A stretch of 64,000 nucleotides of DNA from Myxococcota bacterium (GCA_036337435.1 JAYZEG010000058.1:224001-288000); one strand, 5' to 3'. Counted from the stretch's first letter, positions 49,076-61,102 are shown. The notes: generated from the sequence alone by a model not told the origin. A program made the numbers and translations.

Positions 49076-51103
49076 CTATGCGCTTGTTTGAGTTGATAGC
49101 GAATCGGCCCTTCGACCAATCGTAAGCAGAGTAAGTGCCAGGATGATGGCACCACCGAGGTAGGCGCCTGCAAGACTCAATCCCGCCACCACACCAAAGT
49201 AACCCAGACTTCCCGCCGCCAACATGGTGACCATTGCGTAGGGGATTTGCGTGCGCACGTGTTCAATATGAGGACACCCCGTCGCTGTAGACGATAAGAT
49301 TGTTGTGTCGGAGATAGGCGAGCAATGGTCACCCCAAATCGCGCCATCCAATACGGCGGCCAAACAGGCGAAAACGATGAGACTATCCCCGGAAATGGTG
49401 GCCGACAATGGTGCGGCAATTGGAAGGACCAGTGCCATCGTGGCCCATGATGATCCTGTTGAGAACGCGACTAAACCAGATAGGACGAAAATAATCAGGG
49501 GGAGGATTGCGGGTGCAAACGAATCGCCCACCAAGGCAACAAGCGTCATGCCCGTTCCGAGGTCATCACATACCGTCTTTATGGCCCAAGCCAAAATGAG
49601 GATGGCTGCTGCCTCAGACAGCGTCTTCATTCCACTCAAGTAGGCTTCAATTGATTCCTTGAATGTCAAAAGGCGTTGAACCAGTGCCAGTGTAAACGCA
49701 ACAAAGCTGCCGACGAGTGCAGCACCAATAAGAATGGTTTGTATGTGGTCTGATGCAGCTTCAAATGTTTTCTGCCAGCCATCGAGTGTCGATAGCTGAG
49801 TGGACGCGTCTTGTTGCCCGATGTAAATGATGCATAGGAGTATGGTCACCAGAACCGATCCGATGGGGACTACTGCGTTATACGCTCGATACGGAATTCC
49901 ACCCTTCGCAAGCGAAAATGATTGGTCGGGTGCCATATTTTCTTCGACTGAACCCAGCGGACCGCCCATTCGTGTCCGTCTCTCGGCGCGCAACATGGGG
50001 CCAAAGTCTCGACCCGTCCAAGCATTTATAATCACGAACAAAATGGCTAGAATGCAGTAGAACCGGAATGGCAGTACGGAAAAGAACAGCTCGTAACCGG
50101 TCCCTGGAATGCCACTGACATTAGATAAGCTGCCTAGGAGGTCGTCAAACAAACCGACCTCATATCCAATCCAGGTTGAAATGATCGCAATTCCTGCGAC
50201 GGGCGCACTCGTCGAATCGACGATATAGGCTAACTTTTCTCGACTGATCTTATGTTTGTCTGTGAGTGATCGAGCGGTGGTTCCAACAACGACAGTATTC
50301 GCATAGTCATCAAAAAATATCGCTGTTCCCATTGCGCATGTCACACCTTGAGCACTCCTTGGTCCGCGGGCAAAGACCGAGAGAGCATCGACAAGGCCTC
50401 TGGTGCCGCCCATTCGATTGACGACGGCCACAAGGCCGACGAGAGCGAGAGTAAAACCAAGGATTTGTAGGTTAAATGAGTCGGAGATCACAGAGCCCAG
50501 GTAGCCGCCACTTCCAATGGCGTCAATACCGATGATTGACAATAGACCTCCAATGAGAGCCTTGCATTCGAGCCAAAGCGTGACGGCCACTCCGCCATTC
50601 ATCACCATGGCCCCACCCATAACGGCCAAGAGCAGCGCGAGAACAATCTTCTTGAAAGAAATGGCAATCAGCAGCGCAATCAGTGGGGGGAGAAGCGATT
50701 TCCAGTCTCCGGTCCGCTGGCTTTGAGAATAAGCTTGGTCTCGCCAGGTCAGTGTGCCGGCGATAGACCCTGCGGTCTGATTGATTTGAAGTCGCAGAGT
50801 TCGGCCCGTTTCATCAGGGGTAAATTGGGCCTTAATTTGATTTCCCGATTTAACCCTCGTTGACAAAACTAGAGTCTCAATCTTGTTTTTTGAGCTGATT
50901 TGAGCGAGTTCAGCGTCCAACTCTACGCTCAGACGAATGGGGGTTTTCGCCGGGACAGTGCCCTTTACATTCGAGACCAGCTTTCGGACGACTTTATCGA
51001 GTGTATGTTTTGACACACTGTTTTTATCGATGGGTAGAAAACTGACACTCGCGATCGCGAGAGAACCCATCAAAAAGATCAAATACGAGCGAGTTGTCTT
51101 CAT
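49076..51103 (-). CDS. Na+/H+ antiporter NhaC family protein with N-terminal periplasmic extension
   Basis: FFDDYAN, REKLAYIVDSTSAP, STGSSWAT, GDHCSPISDTTILSS, HVRTQ. Confidence 0.88.
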   Translation of the reverse strand: MKTTRSYLIFLMGSLAIASVSFLPIDKNSVSKHTLDKVVRKLVSNVKGTVPAKTPIRLSVELDAELAQISSKNKIETLVLSTRVKSGNQIKAQFTPDETGRTLRLQINQTAGSIAGTLTWRDQAYSQSQRTGDWKSLLPPLIALLIAISFKKIVLALLLAVMGGAMVMNGGVAVTLWLECKALIGGLLSIIGIDAIGSGGYLGSVISDSFNLQILGFTLALVGLVAVVNRMGGTRGLVDALSVFARGPRSAQGVTCAMGTAIFFDDYANTVVVGTTARSLTDKHKISREKLAYIVDSTSAPVAGIAIISTWIGYEVGLFDDLLGSLSNVSGIPGTGYELFFSVLPFRFYCILAILFVIINAWTGRDFGPMLRAERRTRMGGPLGSVEENMAPDQSFSLAKGGIPYRAYNAVVPIGSVLVTILLCIIYIGQQDASTQLSTLDGWQKTFEAASDHIQTILIGAALVGSFVAFTLALVQRLLTFKESIEAYLSGMKTLSEAAAILILAWAIKTVCDDLGTGMTLVALVGDSFAPAILPLIIFVLSGLVAFSTGSSWATMALVLPIAAPLSATISGDSLIVFACLAAVLDGAIWGDHCSPISDTTILSSTATGCPHIEHVRTQIPYAMVTMLAAGSLGYFGVVAGLSLAGAYLGGAIILALTLLTIGRRADSLSTQTSA

Positions 51104-51160
51104 TGATCTCACGTACCACGGATTGAATAGGGTTGCACCAAGCCTTCACCAACAATGGCG

Positions 51161-52183
51161 TTAATTTGGTCGCCATCGGTCCGGCAGATTTAATCTCAAT
51201 CTGGCCGAACGATGAATCCGTCCATCGGGTGCCAGAATGATGGCATCAACACCGGACATAGAGTCGACTAACTTGAGGCCGTCTGCTGGACCCATAACAA
51301 AAACAGCGGTTGCGATCGCATCGGCGAATATGGCGTCGTCAGCTAGAATCGTTACGGAAACCGAGTTTCGAGCGGGCATGCCGGTTTTCAAGTCGAGGAT
51401 ATGATGATACCGACGGGAACCCATCATAAAGAAACGCTCGTAATCTCCACTCGTCACAATCGAGCGGTCTCGTATTGGAAATTCGACCAAAAGCTCGGCT
51501 TGACGAGGATGTCTAATCCCCACAGTCCAGGGTCCATCAGGTTTTCGACCCGATGCATGCAAGTCACCGCCGCCATCAATGATGAAATTCTTGATGCCTT
51601 GACCCCTAAGCAATTCTTTGACCCGGTCTATCGCGTAGCCTTTTGCGATCGCTCCGAGACCGAGAGCCATTCCTGATTCGGCGAGATAGATGGTTCTGTC
51701 GGTCTCGGACACGATAATTTTGTTGTAGTCGACAGACTTCAAACGTCTCAGGAGTTCGCTTCGTTTTGGTAAGCGTGGGTTTTCATCTTTGAAGGACCAT
51801 AACCCCCTGAGACAGGCCCAAGTTGGATCGAAGGCACCCTTCGAGAGGCGACTGACGTTCAAAGCGGTGGACAGAACATTCATGGTCTCCACGGAGACTT
51901 TCGTGGGCAATCGGCCAGCGTTTCCATTGATGTTGCTGATCTCGGAGTTTGGCAACCATTCGCTCATCAGGGATTCGATTCGGGCGACCTCCTTAAATGC
52001 ACCGTCCATAACCTGTTCGGCTCTGGCTTCTGTGATTTCGTCACCAACGATTATGGTGAATGTGGTTCCCATCAGATGGGCTTGTCTGCTGACTTTTGCA
52101 CTGCTTGCTGATGCCAATCCTAAGGCGAGAAGTAGCAGGAGGCAGCTGGATGCAGATGCGGGATATTGGTCTATTCGGTACAA
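51161..52183 (-). CDS. apbE: FAD:protein FMN transferase
   Basis: MGT, GAFDPT, LGAIAKGY, GGD, TSGDYE, YHHILD, ADAIATA. Confidence 0.93.
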   Translation of the reverse strand: MYRIDQYPASASSCLLLLLALGLASASSAKVSRQAHLMGTTFTIIVGDEITEARAEQVMDGAFKEVARIESLMSEWLPNSEISNINGNAGRLPTKVSVETMNVLSTALNVSRLSKGAFDPTWACLRGLWSFKDENPRLPKRSELLRRLKSVDYNKIIVSETDRTIYLAESGMALGLGAIAKGYAIDRVKELLRGQGIKNFIIDGGGDLHASGRKPDGPWTVGIRHPRQAELLVEFPIRDRSIVTSGDYERFFMMGSRRYHHILDLKTGMPARNSVSVTILADDAIFADAIATAVFVMGPADGLKLVDSMSGVDAIILAPDGRIHRSARLRLNLPDRWRPN

Positions 52184-52206
52184 GGCAGGCGTATTCTTAA
52201 GGGAGA

Positions 52207-53625
52207 CTATTCGTTTTTCAAAAAATCCTTCAGCAGGTCGCCAAATGACCCAAGACTGCCTGGAGTCTCCTGGGACTTTGCGTATTCTGCCAGCGCTTCT
52301 TGCTCGTCATGTTCTTCGAGAGCACGCCTTGATAGACGGATCCGACCTCTTTTTTGGTCCAGCTCTACTATTTTTGCCTCGAGTTCGGTTCCGATGGGGA
52401 ATAAGCGCCGATGGTCTGCCCCACGTTGAGTGTTCATTTCTGCGTTTGGGATAACGCCCTGGACGTTGGGTTCGACTTCAATGAACACACCGAACCGTTC
52501 GACACGAACCACAGGACCTTTCACGATTTGACCCTGTTTAACAGTAATTTCAACGGGCTTTCTTTTCTCCGCTACTTCCGGTGTAACAAGGCTTATGCGA
52601 CGTCGGTCTCGATCTATTTTCTCGATGATCACATCAATGTCTTGGCCGGCTTCTAATACGTCACTCGGATGATTAAGGCGCTTCTCTGCTGAGATTGCTG
52701 ATACGTGCAATAGGCCTTCTACACCTGGTGCCAGAGTCACGAATGCACCAAAGGTCTCAAGGCTTGATACCAGCCCTCCTATGGATTCACCAATCTCGTG
52801 TTTTTGAGCGAAGTCCGCCCAGGGATCGGCTTCTAAGCGACGCATGCTCAAAGCAACTTGCGCTTTGTTTATATCGATCCGAATGACTTCGACATCGATC
52901 GCTTCGCCAACATTGAGTTTTTCGTTTGGATGGTTGACGCGCTGATGCGAGATTTCGCTGACGTGAACCATGCCCTCGATGGAGTCACCCAAGTCGACAA
53001 ATGCGCCGAAATCCCTGATCTCAGTCACTTTTCCTTGAAGTCGATCGCCGACCTTCAAGCGATCGCTCATGACGCTTTGAGCTTCTTTCTTTCGATTCTC
53101 TAGAAGGAGTTTTCGAGAGACGACGATGCTTTTGCCCCCATCGAACTCTGTGACCAAAAACTCATAGGTTTTACCCACTTCACGGGCGGGCTCATCGATG
53201 AATCCAAACGCGAGCTGAGACGCTGGACAGAATGCACGCGCCCCGTCGATTCGAACTTCATAACCACCCTTGTTTACACCGGTGATTTTGCCCTCAACGG
53301 GGCTCTGCGACTTCCACGATGCCCCCAGCTCGGCGAGTGCTTGATTCGCTTGAGCTGCTTTGTAGCTGAGTTCAACAGCACCCTGTGCACTGACGATGAC
53401 CGCGTTGACCGTATCCCCTTCGCTGACAAGAAGCTCGCCGGCCTGGTCCTTTAACTCTGTCAGGCGGATGTAGCCTTCGCTTCTGGCCCCATAGTCCAGG
53501 AAGGCGACGCTGTCGGTGATCTTTACGATGGACCCCGTAACAATGTCACCCTTGCGATGACCGCGTGCCGAGAAGCTTGTTTGAAGATCTTTGGACTGAT
53601 TTTCACTCGTGTTTGAATTTGTCAT
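52207..53625 (-). CDS. rpsA: S1 RNA-binding domain protein (ribosomal protein S1 family, about 5 S1 domains)
   Basis: Repeated FGAFV..G.EG.VHVSEIS motifs; C-terminal GSFGDLL; may be a short paralog. Confidence 0.75.
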   Translation of the reverse strand: MTNSNTSENQSKDLQTSFSARGHRKGDIVTGSIVKITDSVAFLDYGARSEGYIRLTELKDQAGELLVSEGDTVNAVIVSAQGAVELSYKAAQANQALAELGASWKSQSPVEGKITGVNKGGYEVRIDGARAFCPASQLAFGFIDEPAREVGKTYEFLVTEFDGGKSIVVSRKLLLENRKKEAQSVMSDRLKVGDRLQGKVTEIRDFGAFVDLGDSIEGMVHVSEISHQRVNHPNEKLNVGEAIDVEVIRIDINKAQVALSMRRLEADPWADFAQKHEIGESIGGLVSSLETFGAFVTLAPGVEGLLHVSAISAEKRLNHPSDVLEAGQDIDVIIEKIDRDRRRISLVTPEVAEKRKPVEITVKQGQIVKGPVVRVERFGVFIEVEPNVQGVIPNAEMNTQRGADHRRLFPIGTELEAKIVELDQKRGRIRLSRRALEEHDEQEALAEYAKSQETPGSLGSFGDLLKDFLKNE

Positions 53626-53675
53626 GATAATGCTAAGCGTGTTTGCAGGTCGTTGAAGTAGATTCGAACGCCGCG

Positions 53676-53705
53676 ATTATACGCTATAGACGATGCAGTG
53701 TTCAA
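53676..53705 (-). promoter_or_regulatory. Putative sigma70 promoter of the S1 gene
   Basis: Minus strand TTGAAC-N18-TATAAT. Confidence 0.55.
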
Positions 53706-53846
53706 GATTTGCGAACTGCGTGTTTCGAACTTCGTCTTTTTGCGTGAACCCAAGAGCTTAGTCCTGACATCGGAAAGATAGAGCTGCATTTTTTTGATAA
53801 TGAAAAACTCAGTATTTCTATTGGTTTATGTTTTTTTTGTCGAAAG

Positions 53847-53875
53847 TTGCTCAATGTCGTCTAAACGGATACAAT
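53847..53875 (+). promoter_or_regulatory. Putative sigma70 promoter of the prkA operon
   Basis: TTGCTC-N17-TACAAT with an AT-rich upstream element; SD GAGGAG before ATG 53913. Confidence 0.55.
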
Positions 53876-53912
53876 GTAGTCATTATACATACAGTTAGAG
53901 TGAGGAGCAGTC

Positions 53913-55961
53913 ATGGGCAAACTCGTCGAAAAGATCGCTAAACTCCAAAACTATGAGGAATTTGCGGACCTGAATTGGACGGGTTCCTTCGAAGATTACC
54001 TGAAGATTGTTCGTGAAAACCCGACGGTGACTCGAACCTCTTTTCAGCGGGTCTACGACATGGTTCTGTCCTACGGCAGTGAAACGTATTCCGATAATAA
54101 AAAGAAACTCATTCATTACAATTTCTTCGATGACCCCATGGGCGATGGCCGCGATTCCATATTCGGCTTGGATATTCCACTCATGCGCTTGGTGAATGTA
54201 CTGAAGAGTGCAGCGATGGGCTACGGCACAGAGAAAAGAGTGCTTTTACTCCACGGGCCCGTCGGCAGTTCAAAGAGCACCATCGCGCGACTGCTCAAAA
54301 AAGGATTGGAGAGCTACAGCCGAAGTACTGCAGGTGCCCTCTATACGTACGAGTGGAGTCTTCCCGAGGCGTTGTTGCACATCACGGGTGGAGAAGAGAT
54401 TTTCCGATGTCCAATGAACGAGGAGCCACTCCGGTTGATTCCAACCGCATGGCGGGAGTCTGCATTTGCAGATCTTGGTCTTCACCAAGAAGACAGACCG
54501 CTTAAGATCAAGGGCGACCTAAACCCCGCCTGCCGGCTTATTTTCCGCGAGCTTATGAATCACTACAAGGGTGATTGGGCCAAGGTCATGGATCATGTTC
54601 GGGTCAAACGATTGGTTCTGAGTGAAAAAGACCGGGTCGGTATCGGCACATTTCAGCCAAAAGATGAGAAAAATCAAGATTCGACAGAGCTCACCGGTGA
54701 CATCAACTATAAAAAGATCGCCTTATTCGGCTCCGACTCCGACCCGCGCGCTTTCAATTTTGATGGCGAATTCAATGTGGCCAATCGGGGCATCATTGAG
54801 TTCATTGAAATCTTGAAGTTGGACGTCGCTTTTCTATACGACCTGCTCGGTGCGACCCAGGAGCATAAGATCAAGCCCAAGAAGTTTCCACAAACGGACA
54901 TCGACGAAGTCATCATCGGGCACACCAACGAAGCGGAATATCGCAAGCTGCTCAACAATGAATTTATGGAAGCGCTCAGAGACCGGACCATCAAGGTTGA
55001 TATTCCGTATATAACCCGTCTCAAAGAAGAGCTTAAGATTTACAAAAAAGACTTTTCTCAACGACGTGTTGCTGGCAAGCACATCGCCCCTCACACGCTT
55101 AATATGGCGGCTATGTGGGCCGTATTGACTCGCCTCGAAGAACCAAAAAAGCATGATTTGAGCATGCTTCAAAAACTTAAATTATATGATGGGAAGACGT
55201 TGCCTGGATTTACGCAGGACAATGTCAAAGAGTTGCGGAAGGAAACTGTGCGAGAGGGGATGGACGGAATCAGTCCACGATACGTGCAGGACAAAATCAG
55301 TAATGCGCTTGTCAGCCAGAGAAGTGAGAGCAGCATCAACCCATTTCTCGTACTAAACGAGCTAGAAAGCGGTTTGAATCGGAACTCGTTAATCACAAAT
55401 GAGGAGCTTCGGAAGCGTTACACTGAGCTGCTGGCCGTCGTCAAACAAGAGTATGAGGAAATCGTCAAAAATGAAGTCCAGCGTGCGATCTCGGCTGACG
55501 AGCAAGCGATCAAGCGATTGGCGTCCAATTACATCGATAACGTCAAAGCCTACACTCAGAAAGAAAAGGTCAAAAACCCGTACACGGGGCAGGACGAAGA
55601 ACCGGACGAGCGCTTAATGCGTTCCATCGAGTCTAAGATCGATATCCCAGAGTCTCGCAAGGATGATTTCAGACGTGAGATCATGAACTACATCGGTGCG
55701 TTAGCGGTTGAAGGGAAGACATTCTCTTACGATACCAACGAGCGCTTACATCGTGCCCTCGAACAGAAGTTGTTTGAGGACCAGAAAGACACCATCAAGC
55801 TGACGAGCTTGGTCAGCAACGCCATCGATAAAGAAACGCAGGAAAAAATAGCCGTCGTCAAAGAGCGTATGATTCGCGACTTCGGATATAATGAAGAGTC
55901 GGCAACCGATGTGTTGAACTATGTCGCGTCCATTTTTGCCCGTGGGGACTCACGAGAGTAG
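53913..55961 (+). CDS. prkA: PrkA/YeaG family AAA+ serine protein kinase
   Basis: [63 protein letters not shown]. Confidence 0.93.
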   Translation: MGKLVEKIAKLQNYEEFADLNWTGSFEDYLKIVRENPTVTRTSFQRVYDMVLSYGSETYSDNKKKLIHYNFFDDPMGDGRDSIFGLDIPLMRLVNVLKSAAMGYGTEKRVLLLHGPVGSSKSTIARLLKKGLESYSRSTAGALYTYEWSLPEALLHITGGEEIFRCPMNEEPLRLIPTAWRESAFADLGLHQEDRPLKIKGDLNPACRLIFRELMNHYKGDWAKVMDHVRVKRLVLSEKDRVGIGTFQPKDEKNQDSTELTGDINYKKIALFGSDSDPRAFNFDGEFNVANRGIIEFIEILKLDVAFLYDLLGATQEHKIKPKKFPQTDIDEVIIGHTNEAEYRKLLNNEFMEALRDRTIKVDIPYITRLKEELKIYKKDFSQRRVAGKHIAPHTLNMAAMWAVLTRLEEPKKHDLSMLQKLKLYDGKTLPGFTQDNVKELRKETVREGMDGISPRYVQDKISNALVSQRSESSINPFLVLNELESGLNRNSLITNEELRKRYTELLAVVKQEYEEIVKNEVQRAISADEQAIKRLASNYIDNVKAYTQKEKVKNPYTGQDEEPDERLMRSIESKIDIPESRKDDFRREIMNYIGALAVEGKTFSYDTNERLHRALEQKLFEDQKDTIKLTSLVSNAIDKETQEKIAVVKERMIRDFGYNEESATDVLNYVASIFARGDSRE

Positions 55962-56001
55962 TGATTAACGCGTTTGGCGGACCGAAAGTCGAGGAAGATT
56001 G

Positions 56002-57111
56002 ATGCGAATCAGACAAGATCACAGCCGATTTAGACAAATCGTTCGTGGTAAGGTTCGCCAAAATCTCAGACAGTATATCTCGTCTGGTGAATTGATTGGA
56101 AAGCAGGGCAAAGATCGCGTTTCTATTCCTGTTCCGCAAATCGATATCCCCCGGTTTCGATTCAATAGCCAAGATGGCGGTGGTGTTGGTCAAGGTGACG
56201 GTGAACCAGGAGATAGTCTTGGCCCCGGCGATCAGCAGCCCGGAGAAGGTGAAGCGGGTGAAGGAGAGGGAGAAAAGGCTTTAGAAGTCGACGTCACCCT
56301 CGATGAACTCGCACAAATTCTTGGAGAAGAATTACAATTACCCCGAATCGAACCGCGCGGTGAAAAAGCGGTTGTCACGGAACGGGATAAATACACAGGC
56401 ATTCGCCCTGTTGGCCCCAATAGCTTGAGGAACTTTAAACGGACCTACAAAGCGGCTTTAAAACGGTCGATTGCGATGGGGCAATATAATTCCAAAAATC
56501 CGGTCATTCTGCCCATAAAAGACGACATGCGCTACCGGAGCTGGTCTACGGTCAAAAGTCCCCAATCCAATGCTGTTGTCATCTATATGATGGATGTATC
56601 CGGCTCTATGGGAGATGAACAAAAAGAAATCGTCCGGATTGAAAGCTTCTGGATCAACACCTGGCTAAAAAGTCAGTACGAGGGGATAGAGACCCGCTAC
56701 ATTGTCCATGACGCGACAGCACGTGAAGTGGATGAACATACGTTCTTCCATACCCGCGAGTCGGGCGGCACAATGATCAGTAGTGCGTATCGATTGGCTG
56801 CTCAAATTCTTGAGGCTGATTACCCCAGTGCTGATTGGAATATTTATCCGTTTCACTTCAGCGATGGGGACAATTGGTCCGTTGACGATACCCGGGCGTG
56901 CGTGCAACTCCTGAAAGATGTTCTGATTCCGTCTTCCAATCAGTTTAGTTATGGTCAAGTTGAAAGTCCTTATGGCTCAGGACAGTTCATCAAGGACTTG
57001 AAAGATAACTTCAAAGTGGGCGATGAAGATTGTGCTCTCGTCTGTTCAGAAATTAAAAATAAGGACGCAATTGTTGGGTCTATCAAAGAATTTCTGGGGA
57101 CGGGCCGATGA
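56002..57111 (+). CDS. DUF444 family protein (YeaH/YhbH)
   Basis: [48 protein letters not shown]. Confidence 0.92.
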   Translation: MRIRQDHSRFRQIVRGKVRQNLRQYISSGELIGKQGKDRVSIPVPQIDIPRFRFNSQDGGGVGQGDGEPGDSLGPGDQQPGEGEAGEGEGEKALEVDVTLDELAQILGEELQLPRIEPRGEKAVVTERDKYTGIRPVGPNSLRNFKRTYKAALKRSIAMGQYNSKNPVILPIKDDMRYRSWSTVKSPQSNAVVIYMMDVSGSMGDEQKEIVRIESFWINTWLKSQYEGIETRYIVHDATAREVDEHTFFHTRESGGTMISSAYRLAAQILEADYPSADWNIYPFHFSDGDNWSVDDTRACVQLLKDVLIPSSNQFSYGQVESPYGSGQFIKDLKDNFKVGDEDCALVCSEIKNKDAIVGSIKEFLGTGR

Positions 57112-58640
57112 TTCAGTATCTCAAAGTGAGACCTTTGCCTGATGTACTTGAAGGTTGGCGGCAGAAGATAGAACGGATTGCGTCAGACCTCGGTCTCGAT
57201 TTTTTCGATACCAGATTTGAGATGGTCTCCTACGACAAGATGAGTGAAATCGCATCCTACGGAGGTTTTCCGACGCGCTATCCTCATTGGCGTTTTGGCA
57301 TGGAGTATGAGCGGCTATCCAAGTCTCACACGTATGGCTTATCTAAGATTTACGAACTCGTCATCAATAACGACCCTTGCTATGCCTACCTCTTGGAGGG
57401 CAATGAATTTGTCGACCAAAAGTTGGTCATGGCCCATGTTTATGGTCACGCAGATTTCTTTAAACATAATTTTTGGTTTAGCCGCACTAACCGCAGAATG
57501 CTCGACACCATGGCTAATCACGCGACCCGGATCCGGCGTTATCAAGACTTGTATGGTGTTACGGTTGTTGAAGAGTTCATCGACGTCTGTTTATCTCTCG
57601 AGAATCTGATCGATTTGCACTCGCCATATCGGCCGAAGAAAACAGAGCAAGAAAACCGCCCAAAGGGCGACCTTCCGGATGAGCTCATCGGGGATGTTGA
57701 CAGTCTACCAAGGCTTCAAGCCAAGGAATATATGGACGAATACGTCAATCCCGAAAACTTTATGGAACAGCAGCGTAAAAAGCAGAAAGACGAGACGGAC
57801 AAAAAAACGAAATTTCCGGTTTCTGCGCAGCGCGATGTGATGCTGTTCCTCATGCAGGAAGCACCGCTCACCCGTTGGCAGCGTAATGTCCTCGGGATTG
57901 TGAGAGACGAGGCCTACTACTTTGCCCCTCAGGGGATGACCAAGATCTTAAACGAGGGCTGGGCCAGCTATTGGCATACCCATATGATGACGCGCAGTGG
58001 CATTATGGAGGGCTCAGAGGTGATTGATTATGCAGATCGTCACAGTCGTTGTACGGTCATGCATAAGGGACGCCTAAACCCCTATAAGCTTGGTATCGAG
58101 TTGTTCAGGCATATCGAAGAACGCTGGAATCAAGGCCGCTTCGGAAAAGAATACGAAGAGTGTTCGGATATGGCCGAACGGGCGAACTGGAATCGGCAGA
58201 CGGGATTGGGGCGCGAGAAGATATTTGAAGTAAGAAAGCATCATAATGATGTGACTTTCTTAGACGAGTATTTGACGCCAGAGTTTTGTGCTGAACACAA
58301 GCTGTTCACGTTTGGACACAATGCACGGGCCAACGAATGGCAGATTGCATCTCGAGACTTCAAAGAGGTTAAAACCAAGCTGTTAACCCAATTGACAAAT
58401 ATGGGCCAGCCGGTGATCGAGGTTGATGATGCAAATTTCAACAATCGGTCTGAATTACTCCTCACTCATCGACATGATGGTGTTGATCTTGATGTATCTT
58501 ATGGACAGGCAACCCTCCAGAATCTCTACCGACTTTGGAAAAGACCCGTTCATATCGCAACAAGCAAAGGCGATCGCCCGACACTTCTGTCCTTTGATGG
58601 GAAGGATCATTCCGAAGGGGAATTTGATAAATCAGCCTAG
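57108..58640 (+). CDS. spoVR: SpoVR family protein (YcgB)
   Basis: [46 protein letters not shown]. Confidence 0.93.
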   Translation: MIQYLKVRPLPDVLEGWRQKIERIASDLGLDFFDTRFEMVSYDKMSEIASYGGFPTRYPHWRFGMEYERLSKSHTYGLSKIYELVINNDPCYAYLLEGNEFVDQKLVMAHVYGHADFFKHNFWFSRTNRRMLDTMANHATRIRRYQDLYGVTVVEEFIDVCLSLENLIDLHSPYRPKKTEQENRPKGDLPDELIGDVDSLPRLQAKEYMDEYVNPENFMEQQRKKQKDETDKKTKFPVSAQRDVMLFLMQEAPLTRWQRNVLGIVRDEAYYFAPQGMTKILNEGWASYWHTHMMTRSGIMEGSEVIDYADRHSRCTVMHKGRLNPYKLGIELFRHIEERWNQGRFGKEYEECSDMAERANWNRQTGLGREKIFEVRKHHNDVTFLDEYLTPEFCAEHKLFTFGHNARANEWQIASRDFKEVKTKLLTQLTNMGQPVIEVDDANFNNRSELLLTHRHDGVDLDVSYGQATLQNLYRLWKRPVHIATSKGDRPTLLSFDGKDHSEGEFDKSA

Positions 58641-58751
58641 ACGTCATTTAGAAAACTTAGATGATCTCACATTGCGTCCACACAAACGGCGCGTTATGGT
58701 TGGGCATCGCAGAAACGACACCATGACCGCATCACAGCAATTGACGAGCCG

Positions 58752-59615
58752 ATGAGCCGCACGAACCGTTCAGAGATAAAATCGCGAATACCGCGAATCG
58801 CGACGAACCAACCTAGTTTTAGGCTTGTTGGCCATGGGATGTCGGATGTTGGATGTCGCCGTGAGGTCAATGAAGATTCTTACCTCATTCTGCCGAAGAA
58901 TAATTTGTGGATCGTTGCCGATGGTATGGGTGGGCATGCTGGTGGGCAGTACGCGAGCACAATGACTGTCGAGACGGTTGGCAAAGCATTACTCCGCCGT
59001 CTTTTTGAGGCCGAGAATGCCCGTCGGGACGGTGGGTCGTCCATCAAGATGGCGGAGCTCATTTCAGAGACGATTCGAGAAACCTGTGCTGCTGTTTACG
59101 ACCGTGCGGTGTATCGCCCGGAGTTGCGAGGCATGGGCAGCACGGTGACTGCGATGTTGGCCTATGACGACATGGCTTGGTTTGGTCATGTGGGTGATAG
59201 CCGAGCGTATCTATTGCGTGATGGTCAGATTCATCAAATTACTGAAGACCATTCCCTGGTACAAGAGCAGGTATCAGCGGGACTCATTACGCCCGAGCAG
59301 GCAAAGCATTCGATGATTCGTAATATCATTACCCGTAGCATTGGATTCGAAAGAGACGTTCGTGTTGATGTTGCCGCTGTTCCCATGAAAAGAGGCGATC
59401 AGTTCGTCATTTGCTCGGATGGTCTTACAGGCCACGTTGAGGATGGAGAAATCTACGAGGTTGTCAAACAGCACCCTCGAAAGAACGTATCGTCTCGACT
59501 GATCGAGTTAGCCAACTCGCGAGGTGGAGAAGACAACAGTACGGTGATATTGACCACTGTCATTTCCAAGAGGAATAAGAGCCGCGGTCACAAGCGTCGG
59601 AACCGGCCAGGTTGA
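58752..59615 (+). CDS. PP2C/PPM family Ser/Thr protein phosphatase
   Basis: REVNED, VADGMGGHAGG, GMGST, HVGDSRAY, TEDHS, CSDGL, GGEDN. Confidence 0.94.
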   Translation: MSRTNRSEIKSRIPRIATNQPSFRLVGHGMSDVGCRREVNEDSYLILPKNNLWIVADGMGGHAGGQYASTMTVETVGKALLRRLFEAENARRDGGSSIKMAELISETIRETCAAVYDRAVYRPELRGMGSTVTAMLAYDDMAWFGHVGDSRAYLLRDGQIHQITEDHSLVQEQVSAGLITPEQAKHSMIRNIITRSIGFERDVRVDVAAVPMKRGDQFVICSDGLTGHVEDGEIYEVVKQHPRKNVSSRLIELANSRGGEDNSTVILTTVISKRNKSRGHKRRNRPG

Positions 59616-61102
59616 TGGGCATGGACGTTACGTTGACACTCTGTGTTTTCGTGAGACCCGAAGGACACTTTGAACTCAGCACCCTCGCCTTTGTCAGTCG
59701 TTTGGTCGATGAGGTCATAATCGCATTCGCTGACGGTCGAAATGTACCTGAATCACCTCGACTTGCAGCCAATATGCGTCTCCTTGAGCTGACTTGGGGA
59801 GATGACTTTTCAAACGCACGAAACAAACTATTGGCCGAAGTCCGCTCTGATTCTGTGTTGATGATCGAACACAATGAGCGGCTGCAACCAGGCCAGTTGA
59901 AAACCATTCGGCAGCTGGTTCAAAGCGCATCGCCTCAGTCTGATATCCATTGCTTTCCCATCAATGTGGTGTCAGCTGATGGATCATTGCTCGAGTCCAC
60001 ATATGAACCACGTCTTTGGTACACGAGCACCGATGCTAAATTCGTTGGTCGGATTTACGAACGACTCGAAACACCGCCTGGTCAACGGTTCAAATATCAT
60101 GATGACCTGGCCATCACGCAGGATTTTGAACAGCTGACGGATGAACAAGACGAGCTGATCGGTCAACGCAATATTGATTTATTGGAGATGCAATATCTCG
60201 AAACGCCAGCCGACTGCCACACACGATATTGTGTCGGCTGGACCTATATGATGCGTGGTGAATTTGAGCGGGGTTTGGACTTCTTCATACCCTTGATAGA
60301 TGATTTCAAAGGCAGCGACTTTGCCCGTAGTGCTATGGTCTTTAGCGTAGAGTGTCTCCGCAAGATGGGGAGGCCGGAAGATGCATTTCAGAGAGGCCTG
60401 GAATGGGTTCAAGACTGCTCTGACTATGGCGAGCTTTGGTTCTTTATCGGTCGTGCTGCGCTTGAGAGTAATCAGCGCATCAAAGCGCACGCAGCATTCA
60501 AAAAAGCCGGCCGCATACGCGAGATGTGTACACCAGACCTGTATCGGGACCCCGCAGTCCATGCATATCGAGCGGACATTGGTTGTGTACAAGCGTTGGC
60601 GAGTCTTCGGCGTGCAGACCAAGCAGAGAGCTTACTTGCGGATGTTCGGAATCGGGTTCCCGAGGGTGAGCTGGCTGACCTGGACCGAGATTTTATAGAT
60701 ATTTGGCTGCAGTTGAATCAACCAAAACGCGCGTTTACCGTTGTCGAAGCGTGGATTGAGAAATCGCCCGAGTGGGCGAGCACCGCTCTCCTTGGCATTG
60801 TTGAATACTGCTTCAATGCTCAAGGGCCGACTCAAGCTTATTTGATGTATCAAGGCTCCATCGCAGCGTACGAAAGTCTCTTGCAGTTCTTACCGGTCGT
60901 TATGGTCGGCGCTGCACTCTCTGATATGGTCGATGACCACGAATCTTATCTGAATCACCTTCAGCTCTGTGTCCAACTTGGCAGTACTGAGCGGGAACAC
61001 TATCGAACCTTAATTCGACTTTTGGTCGAACGCGGAGAATTGGATAGAGCCAGCCAGATTACAGCACTTGAAGCGAAACTGGCTACAGACATAGAGACGT
61101 GA
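59612..61102 (+). CDS. Degenerate GT2-like domain + TPR protein
   Basis: WGDDFSNARN, LMIEHNE in place of LDADE, PRLW..FVGRIYE; TPR-like repeats follow. Confidence 0.65.
   Translation: MMGMDVTLTLCVFVRPEGHFELSTLAFVSRLVDEVIIAFADGRNVPESPRLAANMRLLELTWGDDFSNARNKLLAEVRSDSVLMIEHNERLQPGQLKTIRQLVQSASPQSDIHCFPINVVSADGSLLESTYEPRLWYTSTDAKFVGRIYERLETPPGQRFKYHDDLAITQDFEQLTDEQDELIGQRNIDLLEMQYLETPADCHTRYCVGWTYMMRGEFERGLDFFIPLIDDFKGSDFARSAMVFSVECLRKMGRPEDAFQRGLEWVQDCSDYGELWFFIGRAALESNQRIKAHAAFKKAGRIREMCTPDLYRDPAVHAYRADIGCVQALASLRRADQAESLLADVRNRVPEGELADLDRDFIDIWLQLNQPKRAFTVVEAWIEKSPEWASTALLGIVEYCFNAQGPTQAYLMYQGSIAAYESLLQFLPVVMVGAALSDMVDDHESYLNHLQLCVQLGSTEREHYRTLIRLLVERGELDRASQITALEAKLATDIET

Noticed and set aside
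49076..52183. apbE + nhaC as part of an Nqr/Rnf sodium-bioenergetics cluster
   Set aside because: No nqr, rnf or FMN-binding substrate gene nearby; adjacency alone is insufficient
51789..52454. 221-aa plus-strand ORF and other long antisense ORFs (e.g. 7650-8201, 15332-15889)
   Set aside because: Shadow frames of well-supported genes on the opposite strand, with no motifs of their own
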